The position numbers were made by a program, and so were the translations under genes. From an uncultured Bacteroidota bacterium (GTDB lineage: Bacteria; Bacteroidota; Ignavibacteria; UBA10030; UBA6906): a stretch of DNA of 64,000 bases. Positions 30,367 through 40,461 of this stretch are shown here, one piece after another (the stretch's first letter is position 1; each line of letters starts with the position of its first letter). The notes below the pieces were generated by a model. The model did not search any database, was not told the origin of the DNA, and was given only the letters and a program-made list of their open reading frames with translations. The stretch covers positions 320,001-384,000 of the forward strand of contig CAVOYH010000003.1 of assembly GCA_963700635.1 (NCBI GenBank), written 5' to 3'.

Positions 30367-32424
30367 ATGATACCGAATGTTCAAGACTGCGCAAGCGATC
30401 CTCTTATTCACACGTTCGGGGATATGTTCAATCTTCCCGGCCTGACCAACTTTCTGGGCTGCGTACAGGTGGATCTGGACATCACAGGGATTCGCAGTCT
30501 GAATTTTCCGCCATTTGCAACGTCAGACACCACAACGGGGTGTCTGTACCTTGACGGAGTATTCTTCAAGGCCACCGCAGCGCCTATTACATTTGTCTGG
30601 TACCCGGACCGCATCGAACGCACTGCGGAACATGCCGGCATCAGGTTCCATTCGGTAACGGTTCTGGCAGTCGGAGAAATGGCCGCACTGGTGAGACTTG
30701 AGGTAGAAAACCGCTCGGGGTCGGCCCGCACCATAACATTAAAATACGGGCTCCGCGGAGGTGTCACGAGGTCCGATGCCCCCTGGATCACGGCAATCCC
30801 GCCGTCGGAAGAAAACAATACTGTCCACGTTGACAAACATCACGGGGTCCTGCTCTTCTCTGCGCAGGCGTCACATGCGGTGTCCTGTCAGGGTATCGTT
30901 CCCGCCCCCGCCGGCATGACATCCAAATCAATGACGATTGACTTGTCACTCGCTCCCGGCGAGAAACAGGTTATGACCTGCATCAACACGATCGGGGGTA
31001 CGGCGGACGAAGCACTTGCGTGTTATCGGCGGGTGGCCTCATCGCCCGATAAAATCATTCTTGCAGCAAGAGAGAACTGGAATCAGGAACTTGCCGCGGT
31101 GTTCACTCCGGGCAACAGCCGTTACTCCGGCTCTCTGCCCGTTCTCGAAACCGTGGACCGAGAGATCGCCCGGATATATCATGCTGGTATTCTGGGCGTC
31201 ATTTCCTTCAAACGTGACACACCCTTTTCGGTAATAGGCCGCTCGTATGACACGCTCATGCCCAAATGGTGGCAAACCGTCACGTTCCTCTGGGACTACA
31301 GTCTGAGTTCGATTGTCCATGCCCTCCTTGACCCGGACGTGATGAAAAAATATCTCCACCACTGGATGAAGAGTGATATCCACAAACACTTTGGCACTGA
31401 GTATCTCACCGGCGGGCCGGTTGGTCCCTGGTATTCGGTGAATGACTTTGCGATGGTCGGGCTGGCCCGGGACTACGCCCGCTGGACCGGGAAGATGGAG
31501 TGGCTCAAGGAACAGGTGGCAGGGCGTCCTGTCCTCGACTATCTGACCGACTACGCACACAACTGGAAGCAGTTCCGCCAACCGGGCGGCCTGGCTGACT
31601 ACGGCGGACTGTTGAACCTGCTCGAGTGTGTGAGCACCTATGTCCACCAGGTTGCGAGCCTGAATGCCGCAAATGTGTTTAACCTGCGGACCGCTGCCGA
31701 CTTTCATTCCATCATGGGAAACAACGAACAGGCACTCACCCTTCGCACTGAAGCACAGGAGCTACTCCGGGATATCCTCCCGCTCTACAATGAAGGGAAA
31801 GGATCCTGGTCCGCCCGATTCCCTGATGGATCCCTGGTGGACGTCCGGCACTGCTACGACTTCTTCACGGTCATGAACACGATCGGAGCCGACCTCTCGG
31901 AACGGCAGCGTGAGGAAATGGTGGCATTCTTCCAGCGGGAATTCCAGGCCAGCACGTGGATGCATGCGCTTTCCTGTGACGACGATGACGCGATGTTCAG
32001 CACCCGTCCGGATCATCAATGGAACGGCGCCTACCCGGCATGGCCGCCGCAGGCCTTGCTCGCACTCTATCGCGCCGGACATGCTGATCTTGCATTTCAA
32101 TGGATGAAAGGACTCGCTCGCTCGGCGAATCAGGGACCATTCGGACAGGCACATTTTGTCGACCCCATCGTCCCTCCTGATTCCGGTGGCGCCCGGAAAG
32201 CTCCCATTGATTTCCCCTATATCACGGACTGGACCGTTTCCAGTGGAGGCAGCTGGGTAAGTGCGATTATCGAAGGACTCTTTGGCGTACAAGCTCCACT
32301 TCAGGGACGCCTTCAGGCTGTACCCGCATTCGGTTCTTTTGATCCCAAAGCAGAGCTACGTAATCTCGCGTACCAGGGAAAACTCTATCATGTATCCCGC
32401 GCCGGCGTGCGGGAAGCAGGATGA
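30367..32424 (+). CDS. Cytoplasmic putative glycoside hydrolase (beta-sandwich plus six-hairpin-like domain)
   Basis: Beta-rich N-terminus followed by an aromatic-rich helical region (TFLWDY, YSVND, LLECV, RPDHQWNGAYPAWP). No signal peptide. Located among GH genes. Confidence 0.6.
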   Translation: MIPNVQDCASDPLIHTFGDMFNLPGLTNFLGCVQVDLDITGIRSLNFPPFATSDTTTGCLYLDGVFFKATAAPITFVWYPDRIERTAEHAGIRFHSVTVLAVGEMAALVRLEVENRSGSARTITLKYGLRGGVTRSDAPWITAIPPSEENNTVHVDKHHGVLLFSAQASHAVSCQGIVPAPAGMTSKSMTIDLSLAPGEKQVMTCINTIGGTADEALACYRRVASSPDKIILAARENWNQELAAVFTPGNSRYSGSLPVLETVDREIARIYHAGILGVISFKRDTPFSVIGRSYDTLMPKWWQTVTFLWDYSLSSIVHALLDPDVMKKYLHHWMKSDIHKHFGTEYLTGGPVGPWYSVNDFAMVGLARDYARWTGKMEWLKEQVAGRPVLDYLTDYAHNWKQFRQPGGLADYGGLLNLLECVSTYVHQVASLNAANVFNLRTAADFHSIMGNNEQALTLRTEAQELLRDILPLYNEGKGSWSARFPDGSLVDVRHCYDFFTVMNTIGADLSERQREEMVAFFQREFQASTWMHALSCDDDDAMFSTRPDHQWNGAYPAWPPQALLALYRAGHADLAFQWMKGLARSANQGPFGQAHFVDPIVPPDSGGARKAPIDFPYITDWTVSSGGSWVSAIIEGLFGVQAPLQGRLQAVPAFGSFDPKAELRNLAYQGKLYHVSRAGVREAG

Positions 32425-35327
32425 ATACACCATCCATAGAGCTTGTTGTTACGCCATTGCCCTTCCTCCGCCGTCTGGATAACGCCTTGCTCCAGGCGGT
32501 GCGCGTGCGTTGTATTGACCCGGACCAACCAACACCTTCTCCATGGGTGCTGAATGTTCAACGCGGCTCATGGAACAAGTCGTTTCCCATCAACGGCGTA
32601 GAAGATGCAGTTATCTTCATGCCTGAAGCGGAGACGGCTCTTGAGACGATATTCACCGCGGCGCGTGGGGAATCACGGACAACAAGAACGGTCCGGATAA
32701 AACCCGTCCGCCGCTGGACGATCCACCTTGTACTCCATTCCCACACGGACCTGGGGTTCACCGACCCTGTGTCAGATGTCGCACGCCTGCACTGTGAGAA
32801 CACCGATCGCGCCATAGAGTTTTGCCGGGAGACGGCTCATCTACCCGAAGGGGTGCGCTTCAAGTGGACGTGCGAGGTAACGTGGCAGGTTCAGAATTAC
32901 CTGCGGGACCGCCGGCCGGAACAGGTGGCACAACTGATGGACCTTGTCCGGAATGAGACCATGGCCATCGGTGCGATGTACAGCGGCGAGTTCACAGAAA
33001 TGCTCGGCCATGAAGAAGCGGTACGGTGTTTCGCCTATGCCGGATATCTGCGGCGCCAGTACGGGGTCCCGTGTGATACGGCGATGCTCTGCGATGTGCC
33101 AGGGTGTACCGCAGGCTTCATTCAGATTATGGCAAAGTCCGGGATCAGGTCATTAATCATTGCAGACAACAACTTTATGGCGCCGTTCCTGCCTCGCACG
33201 GACCTCCCCCGCCCGTTTGTCTGGACCGGCGCTGACCAGAGCGAGGTCCTGTGCTGGTTCACAGACCATCCCTTTTATGCCTACGTCGAGGGGGAACACT
33301 ACGGTTTTCTGGAGGACAGGCAAACAGTGGAAAAAATGCTCGGGGAAAAATTGCTCTCTCTTGAGCATCAGGGGTATCCGTATGACCGGTTCCAGATCCA
33401 ATATGCATTCGACAACGCTCCCATCAAGTTTGTCCCGGCGCAGATCGTCCGGGAGTGGACAGAACAATGGGAATATCCCAGGATTCTGCTCTCTACAGCC
33501 CGGGAATTTCTCGGATCAATACGTCGGGATTCTTTTGCACGGCTGCCGAGACGTTCCGGCGATTGGACTGATTGGTGGGGGGGGATTGTCACCGGATTCC
33601 CCGCTGAGGAGATGCTCTGCCGCCAGTACCACCTCGTGACCCCGGCAGTTGAGACACTCTCTGCAACACTGTCACTCCGGACTCCCGGCGCTCCTCTCCC
33701 CGATCCACGTATCGCACGGGCCTATGATGGTCTCCTCGCTTTCGATGAGCACAGCGGCAGCGGGGTCATCTGGCAGCCCAAGAGTCGTGCGGATCAGGAC
33801 CGCGCTCTCCGTGAAGGATTCGGCTTTCTGCATTCGGCAATTGCAGAGGTTGATGCGGTTCAACGCGAAGCGCTTGACGTTCTCTCAGCCCGTGCTGCCC
33901 CACCCGGGCTCCAACCATATGTCGGGATATACAACCCGTCCGGTGTTTTTGTCTCGCGGGAGGTTGACGTCTCTTCTGAAACCGGAACCCCTGTTCACAT
34001 CCGTGCGCGTCATGTCCCGCCCTACGGGTACAAACTCTTCCCGTGCAACGAGGCACCTGCGCCCCTTCGCTCGGAGGGGGACGACGTACGTGTAACAGCG
34101 CTCCAGGACCGGCTCCGGATTAGCACTCCCTCGTGTGCCATGGAGATTGATACCATAACCGGGCGCTGGACGTCGTTCCGGGACGGTGCCACAACTGAAG
34201 AGTATGTTGCACAGGGCGCTGCACTCAATTCGCCGGCAGTCTATCTCGTGCGCCCGGTCCACCCGTTTGAACTGGGCAGGTACATACCGGAGTTGTATGA
34301 CGGCACTTCACACCCGGGTGATTTCCTTCCGTGGCCACCGGCTTCCCGCGCACTGGTCTCGTGGGACAAGACCCCGGCTGGAGCGGTCCGTTGCCGGGTG
34401 GAACACAGCGTGGACGGCTCTCCCTGGTTATCGCAGGAGTATTACCTCAGCGCGGATGTACCGGGAATTTCCATCACCACCACACTCCTCCGGACATGTG
34501 TATCCAACCCCGGTCTCAGAGATACGCTGCGGGGATTTCTCCACCCCGGGGGAATGCTGTATATCTGTTTTCCCTTCGCACTTGCCAACGCAATGTTTGA
34601 GTATGAATCCACCGGCTCAATTCTGCAGCCCCCCGCGGACCAGTTTCGAGGTTCGTGCCTGGACTTTCTCGCCATCCAGCGATGGTGTGCGCTCCGTGGT
34701 CCGCGTAACAACATTCTTGTAACGGTCCTTGACACTCCCCTGATGGATCCTGGCTCTGTGGGACTCCACAAATTCAAGACGCAGTCAGATGCCGACCCCT
34801 CAGCGCTGTTTTTCCGGGCGGTGACGCTGCAGGACTGGGGGAGCGCAGATGAATCACCGTACACGCGTGACCGGGATTTGGTGTTTCGCTACAACATCTG
34901 CATTATTCCCACGGAACCCGGCGCCGATCCGGCTGCGTCGTTCCGCATGAACGCACACCGGCAGGCTGTACAATGTACAACACCCTTGCTGATCTTCACG
35001 CCGGCCGGGCACCAATCCACAGAGGTTCACGAAGCAGAACATCGGTATATTTCCGTGACACCCGAAAATGTGGAACTGATGACGTTTAAGCCGGCGGAAT
35101 CGGGCCAGGGATGGATTGTTCGCCTGCGCGAAGTAACAGGTGTGGCAAGCACTGCACAGATAAGTTTTCCCGGGTACCACATCCGATCCTGCCATTCAGC
35201 AATGATGACGGAGGAGAAGGAGAGTGCTTCTCCGCACAGCAAAACGGAGATCGTGGTTTCCTTCGTGCCGTTTGCCATTCGTACGCTCCTTGTCGAACTC
35301 GAGCCACAGAGACCCCATGCCCGGTGA
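32421..35327 (+). CDS. GH38-like enzyme, cytoplasmic
   Basis: HSHTDLGFT, FKWTCE, CDVPG, FDNA, GDWTDWW, FDEH, FKPAESG..IVRLRE. No signal peptide. Confidence 0.85.
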   Translation: MNTPSIELVVTPLPFLRRLDNALLQAVRVRCIDPDQPTPSPWVLNVQRGSWNKSFPINGVEDAVIFMPEAETALETIFTAARGESRTTRTVRIKPVRRWTIHLVLHSHTDLGFTDPVSDVARLHCENTDRAIEFCRETAHLPEGVRFKWTCEVTWQVQNYLRDRRPEQVAQLMDLVRNETMAIGAMYSGEFTEMLGHEEAVRCFAYAGYLRRQYGVPCDTAMLCDVPGCTAGFIQIMAKSGIRSLIIADNNFMAPFLPRTDLPRPFVWTGADQSEVLCWFTDHPFYAYVEGEHYGFLEDRQTVEKMLGEKLLSLEHQGYPYDRFQIQYAFDNAPIKFVPAQIVREWTEQWEYPRILLSTAREFLGSIRRDSFARLPRRSGDWTDWWGGIVTGFPAEEMLCRQYHLVTPAVETLSATLSLRTPGAPLPDPRIARAYDGLLAFDEHSGSGVIWQPKSRADQDRALREGFGFLHSAIAEVDAVQREALDVLSARAAPPGLQPYVGIYNPSGVFVSREVDVSSETGTPVHIRARHVPPYGYKLFPCNEAPAPLRSEGDDVRVTALQDRLRISTPSCAMEIDTITGRWTSFRDGATTEEYVAQGAALNSPAVYLVRPVHPFELGRYIPELYDGTSHPGDFLPWPPASRALVSWDKTPAGAVRCRVEHSVDGSPWLSQEYYLSADVPGISITTTLLRTCVSNPGLRDTLRGFLHPGGMLYICFPFALANAMFEYESTGSILQPPADQFRGSCLDFLAIQRWCALRGPRNNILVTVLDTPLMDPGSVGLHKFKTQSDADPSALFFRAVTLQDWGSADESPYTRDRDLVFRYNICIIPTEPGADPAASFRMNAHRQAVQCTTPLLIFTPAGHQSTEVHEAEHRYISVTPENVELMTFKPAESGQGWIVRLREVTGVASTAQISFPGYHIRSCHSAMMTEEKESASPHSKTEIVVSFVPFAIRTLLVELEPQRPHAR

Positions 35328-36495
35328 TCTGTCATTCAAGAGACTGTTGTCGTCGGTGTCGGAAGCTCCATCTTCCGATGCCAGATGCCGGATCATAGAC
35401 GACTATATTGCTGCCCGTGCGTATCCGGTGTTCGAGGATGATAACACCGTTCTTTTGTTGTATCGCGGCGACGTAAGCGGTGTTTCTCTGATCGGTGACA
35501 TGACAGACTGGCTCGATCGGCTTCCTTTCACGCGTGTTCCGGACACGGATCTGTTCTGGTTGCAGGGGCGTTTCGAATCCGATGCGCGCCTCGAATACGT
35601 GCTGCAGACATCCGAATCGGAAACACTGTGTGTCGATACCCTCAATCCATACCGTGTGCACGGATTTGTTCTCAACGCCGAATTGGCCATGCCACACTAC
35701 CGCCGGCAGCCGGTATTCGAGGAATTCAGGGATGGGCGCAAGGGAGGATACGAGTTACTCCGGGAGTACACGCTCCCCGCGGGCGCGCTCCCCTATCCTC
35801 ACACCGTCCACATCTACCTTCCGCCGGACTATGACGCACAGACAGAGCGATATCCGTGCGTGTATTTTCAGGATGGCCGCGACTATATTGAATATGGCAT
35901 GGCTCCCCTCGTACTTCATACCCTGATCACACAACGCCTGATTCCTCCGGTCATAGGGGTTTTTGTGACCCCTCCGAATCTGCATCTTCCGCAGAAACCC
36001 AACCGGACTACCGAGTATGGGATGAATGCCGCGTATGTCTCTTTTTTCACGGAGGAATTGCGGTCATGGACCGATGCGCATGTACGCACAGTGTGCGACG
36101 CGTCCGCACGTCTGGTGGTGGGCGATTCGTACGGGGGGCTGATTTCGGCAACCATCGGTCTCCGGTCCCCGGATGTGTTCGGCATGATCTATTCACAGTC
36201 CGGATATATGTCGTTTCAACATGACCGCCTGCTCAAGGAGATTTCCGGCGCGGATACGATACGGGGCCGGTTCTACCTGGATTGTGGAACATATGAGCGG
36301 CGCGTCGCCCGGGGCATTATTCCCGATGCGGAAGGAGATTTCCTTGCGGCAAACCGTCGTCTGGCTGAGTTGTTGCGTCAGCGCGGCGCCGATATCGTGT
36401 ATCGCGAATATCCCGAAGGACACACGTGGGGCAACTGGCGCGGCCATCTTCATGAAGCTTTGATCCATTTCCTTAACCGGGAAAGGCCGGCGTAA
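35317..36495 (+). CDS. Fes/CE1-like alpha/beta-hydrolase esterase with N-terminal E-set domain
   Basis: Nucleophile motif GDSYGG, IYLPPDY..YPCVYFQDG, EGHTWGNW. Confidence 0.88.
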   Translation: MPGDLSFKRLLSSVSEAPSSDARCRIIDDYIAARAYPVFEDDNTVLLLYRGDVSGVSLIGDMTDWLDRLPFTRVPDTDLFWLQGRFESDARLEYVLQTSESETLCVDTLNPYRVHGFVLNAELAMPHYRRQPVFEEFRDGRKGGYELLREYTLPAGALPYPHTVHIYLPPDYDAQTERYPCVYFQDGRDYIEYGMAPLVLHTLITQRLIPPVIGVFVTPPNLHLPQKPNRTTEYGMNAAYVSFFTEELRSWTDAHVRTVCDASARLVVGDSYGGLISATIGLRSPDVFGMIYSQSGYMSFQHDRLLKEISGADTIRGRFYLDCGTYERRVARGIIPDAEGDFLAANRRLAELLRQRGADIVYREYPEGHTWGNWRGHLHEALIHFLNRERPA

Positions 36496-36498
36496 GAG

Positions 36499-37422
36499 AT
36501 GAAACTACGATTCGGGATGGATTTCGGGGGGACAAATTTGAAGGCGGGTGTGTTTGATCAAGACGGGCGTGCCCTGGCCTTTCACACAAAACCCCTGAAA
36601 GACTGTGTGGCGTCGGGATCACTACTCGCCTGTCTCCTGAGGGTCGCAGAAGAGACAATCGAAGGGCACCCGGTCATTGGGGGAGGACTTGCCATTAAGG
36701 GGCTTGTGGATAGTGAGACCGGCACGGTGCATAACGATATTGGAGCGGGAAATCTGCTCGCACACATTCCGCTCCGCGAAACGTTCTCCGCACATCTCGG
36801 AATCCCCTTTGCGGTGGACAATGATGCACGGGCCTACGCATGGGGAGAATGGCGGTTCGGTGCCGGAAGGGGTGCCCGGACGATGGTGTGTATGACTCTC
36901 GGTACCGGGCTGGGCTGTGCCGTGATCTCCAACGGGTCACCCTACACAGGTGTTAATCAGTATGGAGGCCTGCTGGGCGGACATCTGAGTATCGACCGCC
37001 AGGGACCGTTATGTCCGTGTGGCCACCGGGGATGCCTGGAGCTGTACTGCTCTGCACCGGCAATGAAGCGGCGAATCGCCCGGGCACATCCGGAACTCGG
37101 GAGCGGATCTCCCGATACACTGGAACGTTTTTTCGATGGTGTGCGAAAAGGACTGCAGGCATACACAGAAACATACAATTCGATTGTTGATGATCTCGCC
37201 ACCGGCATTGTGAATATCGTTCACGCATACGCGCCCGACAGAGTTGTTCTGGGAGGCGGAGTATTAAAAAGTGCTGATGTCCTGCTTCCGTCCCTGACAG
37301 CACTCGTGCATCAGCGCGCATGGACATTTCCACGCGGGATGGTAACAATAGCCGGAGCGGCACTGGGCGACACCGCCGCCGCGGTCGGCATCGCTTTTCA
37401 TCACCACCTTGAACACCTGTAA
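36499..37422 (+). CDS. ROK-family sugar kinase
   Basis: GMDFGGTN, VDNDA, TLGTGLG, GH..CPCGHRGCLE. No HTH. Confidence 0.92.
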   Translation: MKLRFGMDFGGTNLKAGVFDQDGRALAFHTKPLKDCVASGSLLACLLRVAEETIEGHPVIGGGLAIKGLVDSETGTVHNDIGAGNLLAHIPLRETFSAHLGIPFAVDNDARAYAWGEWRFGAGRGARTMVCMTLGTGLGCAVISNGSPYTGVNQYGGLLGGHLSIDRQGPLCPCGHRGCLELYCSAPAMKRRIARAHPELGSGSPDTLERFFDGVRKGLQAYTETYNSIVDDLATGIVNIVHAYAPDRVVLGGGVLKSADVLLPSLTALVHQRAWTFPRGMVTIAGAALGDTAAAVGIAFHHHLEHL

Positions 37423-37441
37423 AGGAGTCTCTTCCGGCTTT

Positions 37442-39281
37442 ATGCAATCACCCGATCCGTTTCTCGCCCCACTGCCAGCTGACATGAAGGAGTTCCCCCG
37501 GGGACTCTACAACCCCTTTCCGGTTTTCCACCCGAAACATGCGGGGATTGAGAAAGGTTTTACACCTCTTGCCGGCCGCATCCGGAGCGCCATGGAGCGC
37601 GGAATGCGTGTTTTGGCGATCGACGGTTACAATGGCATTCAGTGGGAGCTTTTCAGGAAGGGGCTGGAGTCGGCACTGAATACCTCAGGCATCTTTCCGG
37701 CTTGGCATATCATGGATGATTGCCTGAAAGCTCCCGGTACGATCCGTGACCATCTTGCACCCTTCCTTGGCGGGGATGATCCCTTGTTCGGCCGCCTTTA
37801 TCCGTTCGGTCCCGATCACCTGTTTGATCCTCAGGCAGTCGCCCGGCTGCGCACGATTGTCTCCCTCGCCCGCGCCGAAGCGGTCGGGACGCTTACGATC
37901 GTCAGCGGATGCTGCGCTGGTCTGCTTGAACTCTGGGATGAGCTCTGGTACCTCGACATCCCGAAAGACGTGATACAGGAGCAGGCACAGGAGCGGCCTG
38001 GTGCGGAACCTGGGCGAATCGGAGATCCTTCCAATTGGTGATTTTTACAAACGCTCCTATTTCGCCGACTGGCCTATGCTCAACCGGCTCAAACGGCGTT
38101 TGCTGCCTGATATCGGTTTGATTGTTGACTTCCAGGACGCCGCGTCTCCGTCGGCAATGGACGGTGAGGACTTTCGTGCCACGTTACATGAACTGAGCGA
38201 GTCACCTTTCCGCGTCCGCCCCTGGTTCTTCCCGGGACCGTGGGGAGGACAATTTATGAAGGGGCACATGGGGTTGGATCCATCCCAGCCAAACTATGCC
38301 TGGTCGTTCGAACTCATTGTGCCGGAGAATGGCATCACACTCGAACACGATGGCAGACGGCTGGAGTTTTCGTTTGACTTCCTCATGTACAGCGAATATC
38401 GCCGGGTGCTAGGCGAAGAAGCGGCACGACAATTTCTCTATGAATGGCCCATCCGGCTGGACTACCTTGACACCATCGATGGGGGACACCTTTCGACACA
38501 ATGTCATCCCCGCCCGCACTACATCCGAAAAGAATTTGGTGAAACGTACACCCAGGACGAGACCTATTACATCGTCAACGCAAAACCCGATGCAAGGGTA
38601 TTCATCGGCGTCACGGAGAATTGCGATCCAGCGGCGTTCCGGAGGGTTCTGGAGGAATCAGTACAAAACGACATGCCCGTGAACATCGACCGGTACGTGC
38701 ACAGCGAACCGAGTAAACCCCATGATCTCTTTTTGATCCCAAACGGCACGGTCCATTGCAGCGGACGCGGGAATCTGGTTCTGGAAATCAGTGCGACAAC
38801 GTACGTTTTTACGTTCAAAATCTATGACTACCGGCGAAAAGATTTGAACGGCAACCTCCGTCCGATCAATGTGGATCGGGCATTTGACAATATACGGTTT
38901 GAACGGCGCCCGGAGTGGGTACGCAACAATCTCCTTGCACAACCGCGTTTGCTGCGCGAAGAATCCGGATGGAAGGAATATGTGCTCATGGACAGGCCGG
39001 AGTTCTTCTATAACATCCACCGCCTGGAGTTCACGCAGGAGTGCACATTGTCAACGGATGGACGCGGGTTTGCCGCGAATCTTGTGGAGGGCGAACGTGT
39101 GTCTGTTATCGCAGCAAATGGCAACAGCTACGATCTTGCCTATCTGGAATCCATGATCATTCCTGCCGCGGCAAAAGATGTCCGGTTTGTTAACAGGGGA
39201 GGCCGCCCCTGTAAGGTTGTTATAGTCTTTGTGCGACGGGGTGTGGGGCACACCCTCCCATGGAATTCTCCCGCAACCTGA
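37442..39281 (+). CDS. Class I mannose-6-phosphate isomerase-like cupin protein with N-terminal extra domain, split by a 1-nt insertion at ~37985-38000
   Basis: AAGGAG RBS. N-domain LAIDGYNG..DDPLFG joins C-domain PGPWGGQ, WSFELI.PE, LSTQCHP, TQDETYY, GTVHCSG, FTFKIYD. Confidence 0.8.
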
Positions 39282-39290
39282 CGGACTACC

Positions 39291-40349
39291 ATGTACTGGC
39301 TCTGGGATCCGGACCCCGTTGCTTTTGTACTCGGGGATTTTGTTATCGGTTGGTACGGCATTCTCTTTGCGCTCGGTTTTCTGTTTGCCCAGCGGCTGGT
39401 GATCTTCATGTACCGGAAGGAGGGGAAACCCGGCAGGGATCTTGACGCGCTTCTGATCTACCTCATCATCGGAACAGTGGTCGGGGCACGGCTCGGGCAT
39501 TGCCTCTTTTATGATCCGCAAATCTATCTCCGGAATCCCCTGTCGATCCTGAAGATCTGGGAGGGTGGGCTTGCCAGCCATGGCGCTGCTGCTGGTCTCC
39601 TGATCGCCTGTGCAATCTTTGCACGCCGGAAAAAGGATCAGCCGTTTCTCTGGCTGGTTGACCGCATTACCATCGTCGCTGCACTTGTGGGATCGCTGGT
39701 CCGGATAGGCAACTTCATCAACTCCGAGATTATCGGCACGCCGACCGGTCTTTCGGCGGGAGTGGTGTTCCTGTCGCCCGTGCGTACGGTGATCACCGGA
39801 AGCGGGATTCCCGTCACAGCGATCAACGTCGGTCACACGGACCCCACGCACACCCCCCCCGGGGGCATCGTACCCGTTCAGATGAGCTTCTCTTTTCCTC
39901 CGGACGCCATATCAACGGCACAAAACCGCCGACACATCTTCACTACCCTTCAGAGTCTGCTGCAGACACATCCGGCCTCCAGGATTCATTTGCTCGATAT
40001 CGGATTTCCGGATACTGCCCGCGCGGACCCTACCGGGAACACGGCCATTACCATAACCGCACTTGCCATAGCCAGGCATCCGGTCCAGTTGTACGAGGCC
40101 GCTGCCTATCTGACAATATCTTTGGTACTTTTTCTGATCTGGTGGCGGCATAAATCCGCGCTTGCCCATGGTGCCCTCCTGGGCTGGCTCTTTGTGTCCC
40201 TTTTTAGCTCCCGGTTCTTCCTTGAGTACCTCAAAGTGGCGGTCACACCGATAGAAGTCGGACTGCCGGTGACGATGGGACAGATACTCAGCATTCCCTT
40301 TGTGGGCATCGGGCTCTGGCTTGTCCTCTCCCGGAGGACCGCTTCTTGA
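39291..40349 (+). CDS. lgt: Prolipoprotein diacylglyceryl transferase
   Basis: WYGILF, GARLGHCLFY, IWEGGLASHG, RIGNFINSEIIG, RHPVQLYE, RFFLEY, MGQILSIP. Confidence 0.93.
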   Translation: MYWLWDPDPVAFVLGDFVIGWYGILFALGFLFAQRLVIFMYRKEGKPGRDLDALLIYLIIGTVVGARLGHCLFYDPQIYLRNPLSILKIWEGGLASHGAAAGLLIACAIFARRKKDQPFLWLVDRITIVAALVGSLVRIGNFINSEIIGTPTGLSAGVVFLSPVRTVITGSGIPVTAINVGHTDPTHTPPGGIVPVQMSFSFPPDAISTAQNRRHIFTTLQSLLQTHPASRIHLLDIGFPDTARADPTGNTAITITALAIARHPVQLYEAAAYLTISLVLFLIWWRHKSALAHGALLGWLFVSLFSSRFFLEYLKVAVTPIEVGLPVTMGQILSIPFVGIGLWLVLSRRTAS

Positions 40350-40461
40350 ACTTTCTCTTCCAGCGCTGAGACCGGACATGACTATATTCGGACCATCCCA
40401 TATCGTGTACGCACACGTTCCTCGCTCCATCAACGATTTCACAGCATAGGGGAGGGCACAC

